A DNA stretch of 64,000 nucleotides. Source: a virus. Positions 63,229-64,000 of this stretch are shown in pieces; the first letter of the stretch is position 1; each line of letters opens with the position of its first letter. Position numbers and translations under genes: made by a program. The notes under the pieces were generated by a model. It made no database searches. It was not told the origin of the DNA and saw only the letters and a program-made list of their open reading frames with translations. The stretch spans positions 66,027 to 130,026 of the IMG/VR virus record IMGVR_UViG_3300025276_004419. One strand, given 5' to 3'.

Positions 63229-64000
63229 ATGGCTGGAGTTCTAAAATCAGGACAAACCCTATATAAAAGTTTAGGGAATATTGTTAATAATTCTACTCGT
63301 GATGATTTAAAGAATCTTACGGGTAAATTATTGTCTGGAAGAATATTAGAAATCGATCAAAGTGGTACTCCAACTAATGGGTACGCTCAAGTGCAAGTTT
63401 TAGATGAAATACAATTGGGTGGTGCTAATATTTTAGTTAATGTATTACCTTTATTCCCTAATTTAAAAAACTACCCGTTAACTAATGAAACAGTATTAGT
63501 TATAGCTTTAGCTAATCGGGAATATAAAAATAATTTTAATAATTTAACTTTTTATTATCTATCACCATTAAATTTATGGAATAGTAATCAATCGAATCCT
63601 ATACCCTACCCTACAGAAACTATTACTCCTTCAAGTCAAAATAAAGGGATTTTAGAGGTAGAGGCTGTTGGTAATCCCAACAAACCAACCTCATCATCTA
63701 ATACAACATTCACCCCAGGTACTTATTTTAATGAAGATAATATTCCAAACCCTACTTTTCCATATGAGGGTGATTATATTGTAGATGGTAGATTTGGTAA
63801 TTCACTTAGATTTGGTAATACTGTTGCTAATAGCAATACATCTATAGAAAATAACTGGTCATCAACTGGTTCGATAGGTGATCCTATTACTATTTTAACT
63901 AATAAAAAACACACAGAACAACCTCTATTTAATTCTATTACAGAAGATATTAATTTAGATGGTTCATCTGCTTATTTTACATCAACACAACAAATTCCGA
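63229..64000 (+). CDS. 5' part of baseplate-hub/gp5-like structural protein (partial, not in track)
   Basis: Frame open from ATG 63229 to window end; PLFPNLKNYPLTNETV and EGDYIVDGRFGNSLRF patterns. Confidence 0.55.
   Translation, partial: MAGVLKSGQTLYKSLGNIVNNSTRDDLKNLTGKLLSGRILEIDQSGTPTNGYAQVQVLDEIQLGGANILVNVLPLFPNLKNYPLTNETVLVIALANREYKNNFNNLTFYYLSPLNLWNSNQSNPIPYPTETITPSSQNKGILEVEAVGNPNKPTSSSNTTFTPGTYFNEDNIPNPTFPYEGDYIVDGRFGNSLRFGNTVANSNTSIENNWSSTGSIGDPITILTNKKHTEQPLFNSITEDINLDGSSAYFTSTQQIP

Noticed and set aside
1-64000. Stop-codon reassignment (alternative genetic code)
   Set aside because: Code 11 gives dense, intact genes; TAA, TGA and TAG all end genes at sensible points, often coupled to the next start
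1-64000. Diversity-generating retroelement, integrase or IS element
   Set aside because: No reverse transcriptase, recombinase or transposase motifs and no TR/VR-like repeat pair noticed by eye

Overview
A 64-kb slice of a large, AT-rich lytic tailed-phage genome (T4-like replication logic, probably a myovirus), almost entirely coded on the + strand in genetic code 11. The host is very likely Bacteroidota (probably Flavobacteriia): 20 copies of a YTTG-N20-TAnnTTYA promoter, SD-less A-rich starts, a T9SS type-B C-terminal domain and a Bacteroidota-type beta-barrel protein. Modules, left to right: (i) thyX and a 7-deazaguanine cluster (divergent TGT/DpdA-like protein, a QueC lacking all four Zn cysteines, thioredoxin, QueD, QueE, SNase, HPRT, FolE; no queF/queA in the window); (ii) replication and chaperones (MazG-like pyrophosphatase, a family-B DNA polymerase split in two around rmlC and a small ORF, sliding clamp, Hsp20, GroES/GroEL, clamp loader); (iii) a ~16-kb sugar/glycosyltransferase island; (iv) a promoter-dense early/accessory region with dispersed ADP-heptose genes, three 2OG-Fe(II) oxygenases, a passenger-less T9SS CTD protein, Nudix, and a GC-rich GTAC-dense non-coding element near 54 kb; (v) tRNA-Ser(TGA), tRNA-Gly(GCC), the only minus-strand gene (mislabelled + in the supplied track), an HD hydrolase, a gp55-like sigma factor and the start of a baseplate-hub-like gene. 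All functional calls come from motif recognition by eye; no searches were run.
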